Origin: Candidatus Nanopusillus sp.
Lineage (GTDB): Archaea > Nanobdellota > Nanobdellia > Nanobdellales > Nanobdellaceae
Direction of reading: 5' to 3'
Length of the DNA: 32,000 nucleotides
NCBI GenBank assembly: GCA_046533775.1
Contig: JAWDOO010000001.1
Coordinates: 30,001-62,000 of the forward strand
Part shown: positions 24,398 through 32,000 of the stretch, one piece after another
Numbering within the stretch: position 1 is the stretch's first letter
Layout: each line of letters starts with the position of its first letter
The notes under the pieces: generated by a model
Seen by the model: the letters and a program-made list of their open reading frames with translations, nothing else
Told to the model about the DNA's origin: nothing
Databases searched by the model: none
Program-made: the position numbers and the translations under genes

Positions 24398-24456
24398 TAA
24401 AATTATAATATTTTTATGATTTAAAATTTTTATATCACAAAGTTTTTGAAATATAA

Positions 24457-25287
24457 ATGAATGATATTATTGAGGAATATAAAGTATGGTTAGAAATACA
24501 GGGAAAATCTAAAAATACAATAAAAACATATTTTGGTATAGTAAAGAAATTTTTAGAATTTCTAATAAATAATGGAATAATTATTGTAGATACAAAATCT
24601 ATTAATGATTCATTAGATAAAAATCTAATTCTAAAATTTTTAGCTGAAATAAAGGTTAAGAAAAAACTAGATTCTAATTCGTTAAGGTTATACGTTAGAG
24701 CTATATCTTCATTCTTAAAATTTTTAGATAATGAAAATCTAGCAAAGCAAATAAAAGCTCCAAAAGTAGATAAAAGATTGCCAAAATTTATTACATATGA
24801 TGAATTAAATAAATTATTAGAAAATGCAGATAATTATAGAGATAAACTAATTATTAAATTTCTATTTTATACTGGGGTAAGGGTTTCTGAATTAATAAAA
24901 ATAAAAAAGAATGATATAATTTTTGAAGAGGGTTTTGTAAAAGTATATGGAAAGGGTGGAAAAGAAAGGATAGTACCAATACCAAAAGAATTACTAAATG
25001 AATTGAAAGATTATATAAATAAAATAAATACTGAAAATATATTTCCATTATCATCAAGACAGGTAGAAAGAATTATAAAAAATATTGCAGAAAAGGCTGG
25101 AATAAATAAAAAAGTAACTCCACATGTATTAAGACATTCTCTTGCAACAACATTATTATCAAAAGGTGTTGATATAAGATATATACAAGAAATACTTGGA
25201 CATAGTTCATTAAATATTACACAAATATATACTCATGTTGTTCCAAACCAATTAAAAGAAATATATAATAAAGTTTTTGAAAGCTAA
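24457..25287 (+). CDS. xerA: Tyrosine recombinase XerA (XerC/D-like)
   Basis: 276 aa. An N-terminal SAM-like core-binding domain is followed by the catalytic residues: YTGVRVSEL (Arg), HVLRHSLAT (HxxR) and LGHSSLNITQIYTHV (His, Tyr). Confidence 0.8.
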   Translation: MNDIIEEYKVWLEIQGKSKNTIKTYFGIVKKFLEFLINNGIIIVDTKSINDSLDKNLILKFLAEIKVKKKLDSNSLRLYVRAISSFLKFLDNENLAKQIKAPKVDKRLPKFITYDELNKLLENADNYRDKLIIKFLFYTGVRVSELIKIKKNDIIFEEGFVKVYGKGGKERIVPIPKELLNELKDYINKINTENIFPLSSRQVERIIKNIAEKAGINKKVTPHVLRHSLATTLLSKGVDIRYIQEILGHSSLNITQIYTHVVPNQLKEIYNKVFES

Positions 25288-26180
25288 CTTAAAATTGTTT
25301 TTATTTCAAAATAATATATTCCAATTACTACTATTGTTATTATAATTGATACTATAAATTCTGCAGATAATAATGGCAAACTTTGGGATAATAATGAATT
25401 TATATTAATTGTTCCAAATATATATGGAAATAACAATGTTTCTAATATTATTGCATTTAAATAATGAGAAATTATGAATAATATTCTTTGTATAATATTC
25501 TTTAAATTCAAAAATGTTAATATTATTAATATTGTTAGTGGAAAAAAGAATAAATAAGGTATTGTATTTTCATATAAATATATATCTAATAATACTAATA
25601 AATATCCTATTAATCCATATATCTTAAACTTCTTTACATTAAATATATATCCAAGAATACCTAAAACAAATAATATTGTTGATAACAATAATAATAATGT
25701 AAAGTAATTAAATATAATGGAAAGTCCCCAAACAATATTTCCATTTACAATTTTAATACCATAGCCAGTAATAGCTGTAGATAATATAGAAACAAATAAT
25801 ATTGCCATTATCAAGGTTCCAAATAAATATATTAATATATCTCTTTTACTATATTCCTTATTTATACTTTTCCCTTCGAAAAATCCTATTCCAATATTTC
25901 TAAATATAAATAAAAACAATATAATAAATATTAGTGGATAAAATGAATATGCAATTGGGATTAATAATGATGGTAATAAAGCTTCATATTGTACTACAAA
26001 GAAAACAATTGATGTACCTGTTATTTCCCACATTGATAAAAACAAATTTTCATATTTTTTATATAAATCCTTATTTATAAAGAATGATAATGCCAAGGCT
26101 ATTTCTATTCCTATAAATAATAAAATTGTTGTTGCAATTAAAAATATATATGTATAAAAGTAAAATGAATAGTTTATCAT
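25284..26180 (-). CDS. cydB: Cytochrome bd-type oxidase subunit II (CydB-like, short)
   Basis: 298 aa and polytopic. It overlaps the cydA stop by 4 nt. The segments SMWEITGTSIVFF and LFIFRNIGIGFFEG parallel the CydB W-D/E-xNE-W and RG-xxxEFR regions. Confidence 0.65.
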   Translation of the reverse strand: MINYSFYFYTYIFLIATTILLFIGIEIALALSFFINKDLYKKYENLFLSMWEITGTSIVFFVVQYEALLPSLLIPIAYSFYPLIFIILFLFIFRNIGIGFFEGKSINKEYSKRDILIYLFGTLIMAILFVSILSTAITGYGIKIVNGNIVWGLSIIFNYFTLLLLLSTILFVLGILGYIFNVKKFKIYGLIGYLLVLLDIYLYENTIPYLFFFPLTILIILTFLNLKNIIQRILFIISHYLNAIILETLLFPYIFGTININSLLSQSLPLLSAEFIVSIIITIVVIGIYYFEIKTILS

Positions 26181-27538
26181 AATTTATTAATAAAATATCT
26201 TTTTATAGCCCATATAGATAAAACAAATAATGATATATATATTAATTCAAAAGCTATTGCGATAGGAACAACCCCTGGATTTAAATTTGCAGCATCCATT
26301 GTTAATAGTATTCCATATATTGTCCATGGTTGTCTTCCAACTTCTGCAGCAACCCATCCAGTTTCCAAAGAAATTAAAGATAATACTGATAATAATATTA
26401 ATCCATATAATAATAATTTATTCATATAAAATGTATATTTTGGATTTAAAGTAAATTTTTTATCTTTTTTATCTTCTTTTGAAAATATTAAAGAGATCAA
26501 TCCATATAATGATATAAAGAATATTAAGAATCCAAATATTGCCATTATATCAAAAGAATTGTGTGCTATAGTAATATTTTTTGGTGAAGGTATATAAGAT
26601 TCATTTATATATATTCCAGGAACAATTGTATTTGGATTAAATCTCTCATATAATAATAAACTTTGCAAATTTGGAATTTGTATTGAATCAATTAATGTAT
26701 AATTATTTGTAACAATTCCAAATAAATTTTCGGGTGCATTAGAAATATTTCCATTCAAATTAGCCTCTAATGTTGCATACTTAACTGGTTGATATTTTGC
26801 TAATGTATCTATCGAATTTATTCCAAATATTCCTAATAATAATATTGATAAGAATAATATGGGAATTGTTAATTTCAAAGCTTTTCCATATATTTTTATA
26901 TTCTCAATATCCCTTTCTTTCAATATTTTATAGGAAATAATCAATACAAATATTGATAAACCAAATTCTAATGATGCCAAAACTCCATGAGATACCTCAA
27001 TAAATTCTATTGGAGTAAAAAATATGGAATATGGATTTATATCAATATATTGACCATCTAAATATTCAATTCCCACAGGATAATTCATAAAAGCATTTAA
27101 TGTTATTATTAAAAAACCAGACATCGCCGCAAATGTTCCGATTAAATACATAAATATTGGATGCAATACAGAATTATTATATTTTTTAAATGAGTAGAAA
27201 TATATACCCATAAATAAAGATTCCATAAAGAATGCTAAAATTTCTATATATAAGGATATAATTGCTGTATTACTCACTATTTGCATAAATTTTGGGAATA
27301 ATGTATACATTTCAACAGCAACAATTGTACCAGACAATGTTCCTATTGCAAATAAAACTAATATTAATGTAGATATTCTTTGAGCTAAATTTTTTATATT
27401 TTCATCTTTCTTTAATATTCCATATAATTCTAATGTTCCAATTGCAAAAGGCATTCCAATTGTAATTGATGCTATTATAATATGTATAGCGAGAGAAGAT
27501 GCAAAAACAACCCTATCAATATCATATACAGATAACAT
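26177..27538 (-). CDS. cydA: Cytochrome bd-type oxidase subunit I (CydA)
   Basis: 453 aa. His19 lies in SSLAIHIIIASITIG and an internal His in EVSHGVLASLEFG. The near-invariant motif GWVAAEVGRQPWTIYG (GWxxxExGRQPW) is present. Confidence 0.85.
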   Translation of the reverse strand: MLSVYDIDRVVFASSLAIHIIIASITIGMPFAIGTLELYGILKKDENIKNLAQRISTLILVLFAIGTLSGTIVAVEMYTLFPKFMQIVSNTAIISLYIEILAFFMESLFMGIYFYSFKKYNNSVLHPIFMYLIGTFAAMSGFLIITLNAFMNYPVGIEYLDGQYIDINPYSIFFTPIEFIEVSHGVLASLEFGLSIFVLIISYKILKERDIENIKIYGKALKLTIPILFLSILLLGIFGINSIDTLAKYQPVKYATLEANLNGNISNAPENLFGIVTNNYTLIDSIQIPNLQSLLLYERFNPNTIVPGIYINESYIPSPKNITIAHNSFDIMAIFGFLIFFISLYGLISLIFSKEDKKDKKFTLNPKYTFYMNKLLLYGLILLSVLSLISLETGWVAAEVGRQPWTIYGILLTMDAANLNPGVVPIAIAFELIYISLFVLSIWAIKRYFINKL

Positions 27539-27575
27539 AAAATATTTATAGTTTATGTATTTAAAAAATTTTTAT

Positions 27576-28061
27576 TTAAAGAACAAATACTGCTGCTGAT
27601 ATAACAGTACTATATTTTTCTACCTTTGTTTTTCTAAATATTTCAAATTCCTTATCTATTTCTATATTATACATAGACTTTAGCATATTTTTTGCCATAT
27701 TTTTTGCATATCCTTCCTCTTTTCCAGTATAATATCCATAGTATTCTGTAAAATATCCATTATATTTTTTATCCTTTGGTAATGCTACCCCAATTGATGA
27801 AAATATTTCTTTACCTTCTTCATTTGAAGTAAATCTAGATAAAACACAAAATACAATCTGACCTGCTTTTAAATATTTTAATCCTTCATCTATGTCTATA
27901 ATTTTTACATTTGGTGGTGCTATACTAGATACCGGAACTAAATTAAACCTCTCTATTTTTGCATCTCTCAATGCATATTCAAAACTTAACAATGGATCAT
28001 CTGCTACACCTATACCAGAAGTAAAGAAAACTCTTTTTGGTACCAAACTCCATAAGTTCAT
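27576..28061 (-). CDS. pdaD: Pyruvoyl-dependent arginine decarboxylase (PdaD)
   Basis: 161 aa. The stretch FFTSGIGVADDPLLSFEYALRDAKIERFNLVPVSSIAPP matches the PdaD signature, including the Ser-Ser self-cleavage site context (NLVxVSSIxPP). Confidence 0.8.
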   Translation of the reverse strand: MNLWSLVPKRVFFTSGIGVADDPLLSFEYALRDAKIERFNLVPVSSIAPPNVKIIDIDEGLKYLKAGQIVFCVLSRFTSNEEGKEIFSSIGVALPKDKKYNGYFTEYYGYYTGKEEGYAKNMAKNMLKSMYNIEIDKEFEIFRKTKVEKYSTVISAAVFVL

Positions 28062-28091
28062 AAAATAAAAAATTAATTTATAATTTATAAG

Positions 28092-28697
28092 TCATCTAGA
28101 AGATGAAGCCAATCTTTCTAACTCTAATTTTTTCTGTATTGCAAATGATTCTACAGAATTTTTATATGCATTTATTATTTCTTTTGCTAATGCACTTGCC
28201 ATATCCTTTTTATTCCTAGAACTATGATATGCTCCCCAAACAATATGTCTTATAGCCAAATCAATTCTTCTTAAAGGTGAAATATCCACTGCTTTTGGAT
28301 ATCTTGCACCACCCATTTCTATATTTGTTATTTCTTCTCTTGGAGCAGCATTTTCTATTGCCTTTGTCAATACTTTTATTGGATTTTGCTTTGTTTCTTT
28401 TTCAATTATTTCAAATGCTTTTATCAATATTTTTAGTACTTTATGATATTCTCCAGAAGCATAATATGATGTAAATTTATGCTTTCCACCATAATGACCT
28501 GGTGTCATTAATCTACCAATTAATCTCTCTATAATTGGTATATTTCTTCTCCCAAATCTTCTATTTTGATATCTACCATTTGTTTTTGGAACAATATATG
28601 GCTTCAAATTCATAAATGCCCTTAATGTTTCATCTTCTACATCTATTTCATATTTCCATTTTCCAAGAAATTTCAAATCATTAATATTATTCACCAT
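28092..28697 (-). CDS. rps7: 30S ribosomal protein S7 (uS7)
   Basis: 201 aa. Matching segments are IIERLIGRLMTPGH, NPIKVLTKAIENAAPREE, ARYPKAVDISPLRRIDLAIRHI and AIQKKLELERLA. Confidence 0.9.
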   Translation of the reverse strand: MVNNINDLKFLGKWKYEIDVEDETLRAFMNLKPYIVPKTNGRYQNRRFGRRNIPIIERLIGRLMTPGHYGGKHKFTSYYASGEYHKVLKILIKAFEIIEKETKQNPIKVLTKAIENAAPREEITNIEMGGARYPKAVDISPLRRIDLAIRHIVWGAYHSSRNKKDMASALAKEIINAYKNSVESFAIQKKLELERLASSSR

Positions 28698-28728
28698 TAA
28701 AAATAATATTAAAAGATAAATTAAAAAA

Positions 28729-29544
28729 TTATTCTGATTCTCTTATTGCCTTAACTAAAACTGGTATTAATGTTAATACAAATAATATTACAAATCCCCA
28801 TGCAAATATATTTTCTACACTTGCTGAAATATTTGAATATCCAACAGTTAATACTGATAATGATGATATAACAAATATTGAATATATAAATACTTGGATA
28901 AATGGTTTTACATTTTTATAATATGTATTTTCACTTATATTTTCTGTTATATACTTCATTACAATTAGTCCAATTGATAATATTACAAATACACCTATTA
29001 TATTATCAAACAATGTAGATTGAAATCCTAACAATTTTAAAGAATAACATGTTATTATCCATACAAATCCTAGAAATAATAGTAGTTTCAACAATTCTGC
29101 TACATATGAATTATATCCTTCAATTAGTATATATAGATATGATGTAAAGAATATTGAAAATATTACACCAGCTGCTATTATTAATACAACTATCGATATT
29201 AATAATAATGTTGAAGAAACCATCATTGTCAATTGCAATATATTTGATACATAATAATATTGTGTCACTGTTAATACATTTGGAATCAATGATAATACAC
29301 TATTAAATACTAATATTCCCAATATTACTCCAACCAAATATGATAATAAGATTGCTACATTTATTTCTGGCATTTTGCTAAATGTTGACTTTAATTTCTC
29401 ATATAAATTCTCTATCTTTATATATTTTGCAAATAGCCAGTTCAATACTTTATATACTATCCATCCAACAAAATAACCTATTATAACACCCAATACTAAA
29501 AAACCAATAAAATAACCTATAGATATCAATAAGTCATATACCAT
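28729..29544 (-). CDS. Polytopic membrane protein (function unknown) inserted between rps12 and rps7
   Basis: 271 aa with about 7-8 hydrophobic spans and no recognisable motif. It is on the same strand as the flanking ribosomal protein genes. Confidence 0.5.
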   Translation of the reverse strand: MVYDLLISIGYFIGFLVLGVIIGYFVGWIVYKVLNWLFAKYIKIENLYEKLKSTFSKMPEINVAILLSYLVGVILGILVFNSVLSLIPNVLTVTQYYYVSNILQLTMMVSSTLLLISIVVLIIAAGVIFSIFFTSYLYILIEGYNSYVAELLKLLLFLGFVWIITCYSLKLLGFQSTLFDNIIGVFVILSIGLIVMKYITENISENTYYKNVKPFIQVFIYSIFVISSLSVLTVGYSNISASVENIFAWGFVILFVLTLIPVLVKAIRESE

Positions 29545-29627
29545 CTATTTTTTATGTATTAAAATTATATAAATATTGTTTTCGTTATCGAAAAATAACA
29601 AATATTTCTTTATGATCTATCTTAAAA

Positions 29628-30056
29628 CTATCTTCTAGCTTTTTCTATCTTACCCTTTCTTAATAATTCTAAAGGTTGTCCATTTACTAGTATTACTTTA
29701 TATCTTACTCCTGGTATTGAACCTATAGTTCTTCCCTTTGGTCCACCTATTCCAACTATTAATACATCATCATGTTCATCAATATATTTTATTGCCTTAT
29801 CACCTGGAGCAAAGGCTGTAACAATTTTTCCATTTTTCTTTAATTGAACTTTTACACATTTTATCATTCCAGAATATGGCTGTCTTTTTTCAATCTGTAC
29901 TTTTTCTAATACAATTCCAGATGCCATTGGACTTCCTTCTAAAGGATCATATTTCTCTTTTAATTTTAATATCCTTCTTTTCCATTCCTTTTTACTCCAT
30001 CTAAATTTTTTTCTATTTTCAATTAATTTCTTAGCAGCAAACAATCCATTAGCCAT
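29628..30056 (-). CDS. rps12: 30S ribosomal protein S12 (uS12)
   Basis: 142 aa. Matching segments are [49 protein letters not shown] and IPGVRYKV. Confidence 0.9.
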   Translation of the reverse strand: MANGLFAAKKLIENRKKFRWSKKEWKRRILKLKEKYDPLEGSPMASGIVLEKVQIEKRQPYSGMIKCVKVQLKKNGKIVTAFAPGDKAIKYIDEHDDVLIVGIGGPKGRTIGSIPGVRYKVILVNGQPLELLRKGKIEKARR

Positions 30057-30321
30057 TCTTTAATATAGATATAACAGAAATTTTAAATGGCTTTTTCAAT
30101 AGAAGACCTACTTCTTCATTTGAATAATTTAATATCTCTACTTCAAAATTTCCCAATTTCTGATAGTACTCTATATCTTTTTTTATATTTTCTGGAACGT
30201 TTTTTGCTAAAAATATCTTTTCTACTTTCCCCCTTTTAATCATTTTCAAAGTTCTATTATACCCAATAATTATTTTTTTCTCATCAACAATTTTCTTTCT
30301 TAAATCATCAAATGTTACCAT
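30049..30321 (-). CDS. rpl30e: 50S ribosomal protein L30e
   Basis: 90 aa. The L7Ae/L30e-fold pattern is present ([27 protein letters not shown]...[10 protein letters not shown]...[17 protein letters not shown]). It has the canonical position directly after rpoA2. Confidence 0.75.
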   Translation of the reverse strand: MVTFDDLRKKIVDEKKIIIGYNRTLKMIKRGKVEKIFLAKNVPENIKKDIEYYQKLGNFEVEILNYSNEEVGLLLKKPFKISVISILKNG

Positions 30322-30347
30322 AAAATCTATCTATATAAAAAATATTT

Positions 30348-31442
30348 TTATTCTTTATCTTCCTTCTTATTTCCTACAAAATATATATCATATAAACCAG
30401 TACCTAAATATATTGGTTGATTAATTATAACATTATCTATTCCACTTAATACTTTATCAGATTGTCCCATTATTGAAGATCTAACAAATATAGAAACTGG
30501 AGTTTCAAATGCTGCCTTTGATAATGTGGATTCTTTTTCTGCATGTAGTCCATATCTATTTATACCTAAATATATTCCATACCATGTCAACATATCTGCT
30601 ACTAACATAAAATGCCTTACATCTACACTAAGACCTTGTTGTTCATATAATTTAACTAATTCTTGTAATATTGCAGCTCTGGTAGCTTCTATTCCAAATA
30701 CCCTTTCTATTTCTCTTAGATCATTTGTATATACTTTTGTATAATCTACCTCTGGTATTTTCATGACTTCCAATAAATTAGATCCAATGGTATATATTAC
30801 ATATTCATTGTCTTCTTTATATATACTTACATCCTTAATTCCTTTTATTCCTTTTATTAATATTTTCTTTATCATTTCTTTAAGCAAATATAATTCTTTT
30901 GCAGATAATTTAGGAGCAATTACATATATATTTTGCTTATCATTCTCAACCTTATACTTCTTTATTTTCTTTTTTATTATTCTAAATACTTCATCAAATG
31001 TTAATTCTTCTTTTTTCAATTTTTCCTTGTCTAAAATAATTATTATCTTATTTTCAAATACATCTATTGTTATTGATGATAATAAATCCTCTAATAATAA
31101 TTCCTTTATCTTTTTTGCAACATTTTGAGCTACATTTAAATCATTTTTATATTCATCCAATAACCTTATTATCATATATTTTCTTTTCATTTTCTTTTTT
31201 GCATCAGTTATCTCTGTAAGTCTGGGTAAACCTAAAGAAACCTGCTGAGCAGATATACCTACAAAGTGAAATGATTTTAATATCATCTGTGTTGTTGGTT
31301 CTGCAATTGATTGAGCAGCAACTATACCAACAGGTTCACCTGGATCTACTATAAATTTATATGAAAAATCTTCTACTATTTTTCTTAATTTTTCATCTTC
31401 TATTTTTTCCAGATCCTTTTTTATTTTTTCTGGTAGTTCCAT
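30348..31442 (-). CDS. rpoA2: DNA-directed RNA polymerase subunit A'' (Rpo1C)
   Basis: 364 aa. It has DPGEPVGIVAAQSIAEPTTQM near the N-terminus and YGIEATRAAILQEL...VDVRHFMLVADMLT and the PxSxAAFE-type SKAAFETPV near the C-terminus. Confidence 0.9.
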   Translation of the reverse strand: MELPEKIKKDLEKIEDEKLRKIVEDFSYKFIVDPGEPVGIVAAQSIAEPTTQMILKSFHFVGISAQQVSLGLPRLTEITDAKKKMKRKYMIIRLLDEYKNDLNVAQNVAKKIKELLLEDLLSSITIDVFENKIIIILDKEKLKKEELTFDEVFRIIKKKIKKYKVENDKQNIYVIAPKLSAKELYLLKEMIKKILIKGIKGIKDVSIYKEDNEYVIYTIGSNLLEVMKIPEVDYTKVYTNDLREIERVFGIEATRAAILQELVKLYEQQGLSVDVRHFMLVADMLTWYGIYLGINRYGLHAEKESTLSKAAFETPVSIFVRSSIMGQSDKVLSGIDNVIINQPIYLGTGLYDIYFVGNKKEDKE

Positions 31443-32000
31443 TTTTATTATTTTCTACATAAGGTTTTAAAATTTGGGCCAGTAAATTTACGTCTAATTT
31501 TCCATTTATTGATTTATGTACTGCAACTCCATCCCCCCCATATATGAATTGTATAATCCTATTATATGCATCTCTAACAGTTAAATCATCATTTACATGA
31601 AGATCATATAAACTTAGTACCAATCTTCTATAGAAGTATCCAGATTGAGCAGTTCTTATTGCAGTATCCATTAAAGAGTCTCTACCAGGTAATGCATGGA
31701 AGAACATTTCCCATGGTTTTAATCCATCTCTAAAAGAACTTATTACCCAACCATGATATTTTGGATGGTATATATTTCTCTCAAATATTGATAAATTTCT
31801 TCCCCTATAACCAAAATCTATAAATCTTCCTCTAAATGCTTGAAATCCTAAAGATCCAGCCATTCTAACAGCATTTTGCCAATCACCTCTTGCACCAGTT
31901 ATAGACATAATATATGTACCTGTATCTTTTTTCATATATTTTCTAAGGACATCCTGTATTTTTGTAACACTTTCAGATATTGTCTGCATAGATTTTAATT
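31393..32000 (-). CDS. rpoA1: DNA-directed RNA polymerase subunit A' (Rpo1N), C-terminal part; the gene continues beyond the window
   Basis: Matching segments are ITGARGDWQNAVRMAGSLGFQ, HGWVISSFRDGLKPWEMFFHALPGRDSLMDTAIRTAQSGYFYRRL and TVRD. The reading frame stays open to base 32000, so the Met at 31989 is internal. It overlaps rpoA2 by 50 nt. Confidence 0.9.
   Translation of the reverse strand, partial: LKSMQTISESVTKIQDVLRKYMKKDTGTYIMSITGARGDWQNAVRMAGSLGFQAFRGRFIDFGYRGRNLSIFERNIYHPKYHGWVISSFRDGLKPWEMFFHALPGRDSLMDTAIRTAQSGYFYRRLVLSLYDLHVNDDLTVRDAYNRIIQFIYGGDGVAVHKSINGKLDVNLLAQILKPYVENNKNGTTRKNKKGSGKNRR

Noticed and set aside
23697-25287. Possible integrated mobile element (integrase-like gene plus accessory NTase)
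   Set aside because: The recombinase has the size and motifs of housekeeping XerA. I found no flanking direct repeats or tRNA-gene target. No capsid, replication or transposase genes are present. The flanks are core genes (ribosomal operon, cydAB).
29579-29594. Small hairpin ttttcg-ttat-cgaaaa between rps12 and the inserted membrane-protein gene
   Set aside because: It has only 6 bp, four of them A-U. Such hairpins are expected by chance in AT-rich spacers, and archaeal termination does not require hairpins. It is mentioned only as a possible checkpoint in the operon finding.
1-32000. CRISPR arrays, rRNA genes, IS elements and additional C/D box sRNAs
   Set aside because: I saw no regularly spaced direct repeats, no rRNA-like GC-rich blocks and no transposase-like ORFs. 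Other TGATGA or CTGA occurrences (for example 19590, 4024 and 29768) lack correctly spaced partner boxes. This was an eye scan only, so a covariance-model scan could still find weaker RNAs.

Overview
By eye (not computed), this window is very AT-rich and densely packed with archaeal genes. Archaeal hallmarks include a histone, Spt5 and SecE, exosome subunit Rrp42, RpoK, split RpoA'/RpoA'', L30e-S12-S7, L11-L1-P0, FtsZ, XerA, type-2 MetAP and PdaD. Several traits suggest a reduced, thermophilic DPANN/Nanoarchaeota-like genome, which is an inference. These traits are tiny spacers, many start/stop overlaps, a stand-alone C-terminal half of an Lhr helicase, and a tRNA-Lys(CUU) with all-GC stems and no encoded CCA.

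Accessory or unusual content:
- A large Ser/Thr/Asn/Gln-rich S-layer-type protein.
- Two tandem membrane-protein paralogs that share nucleotide-identical patches.
- A glycan cluster: a GT-C enzyme, a membrane-anchored Cys protein and a processive GT2 synthase.
- An oxygen-handling set: Bcp, Fe/Mn-SOD and cytochrome bd oxidase CydAB.
- An orphan AbiEii/MNT-like nucleotidyltransferase.
- A textbook archaeal C/D box sRNA on the minus strand, antisense to the 3' end of that nucleotidyltransferase gene. A GC-rich hairpin with H/ACA-like geometry lies immediately upstream of it.

The best candidate for an undescribed system is the translationally coupled orphan gene pair at 13656-15148. Its 277-aa member carries a clear D...ExK (PD-(D/E)xK) nuclease signature, and its 219-aa partner has no recognisable motifs. 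The hairpin plus C/D sRNA locus beside the orphan nucleotidyltransferase is the second candidate.

I found no CRISPR array, rRNA gene or obvious transposon. All functional calls rest on motif recognition by eye and need profile or structure searches to confirm.
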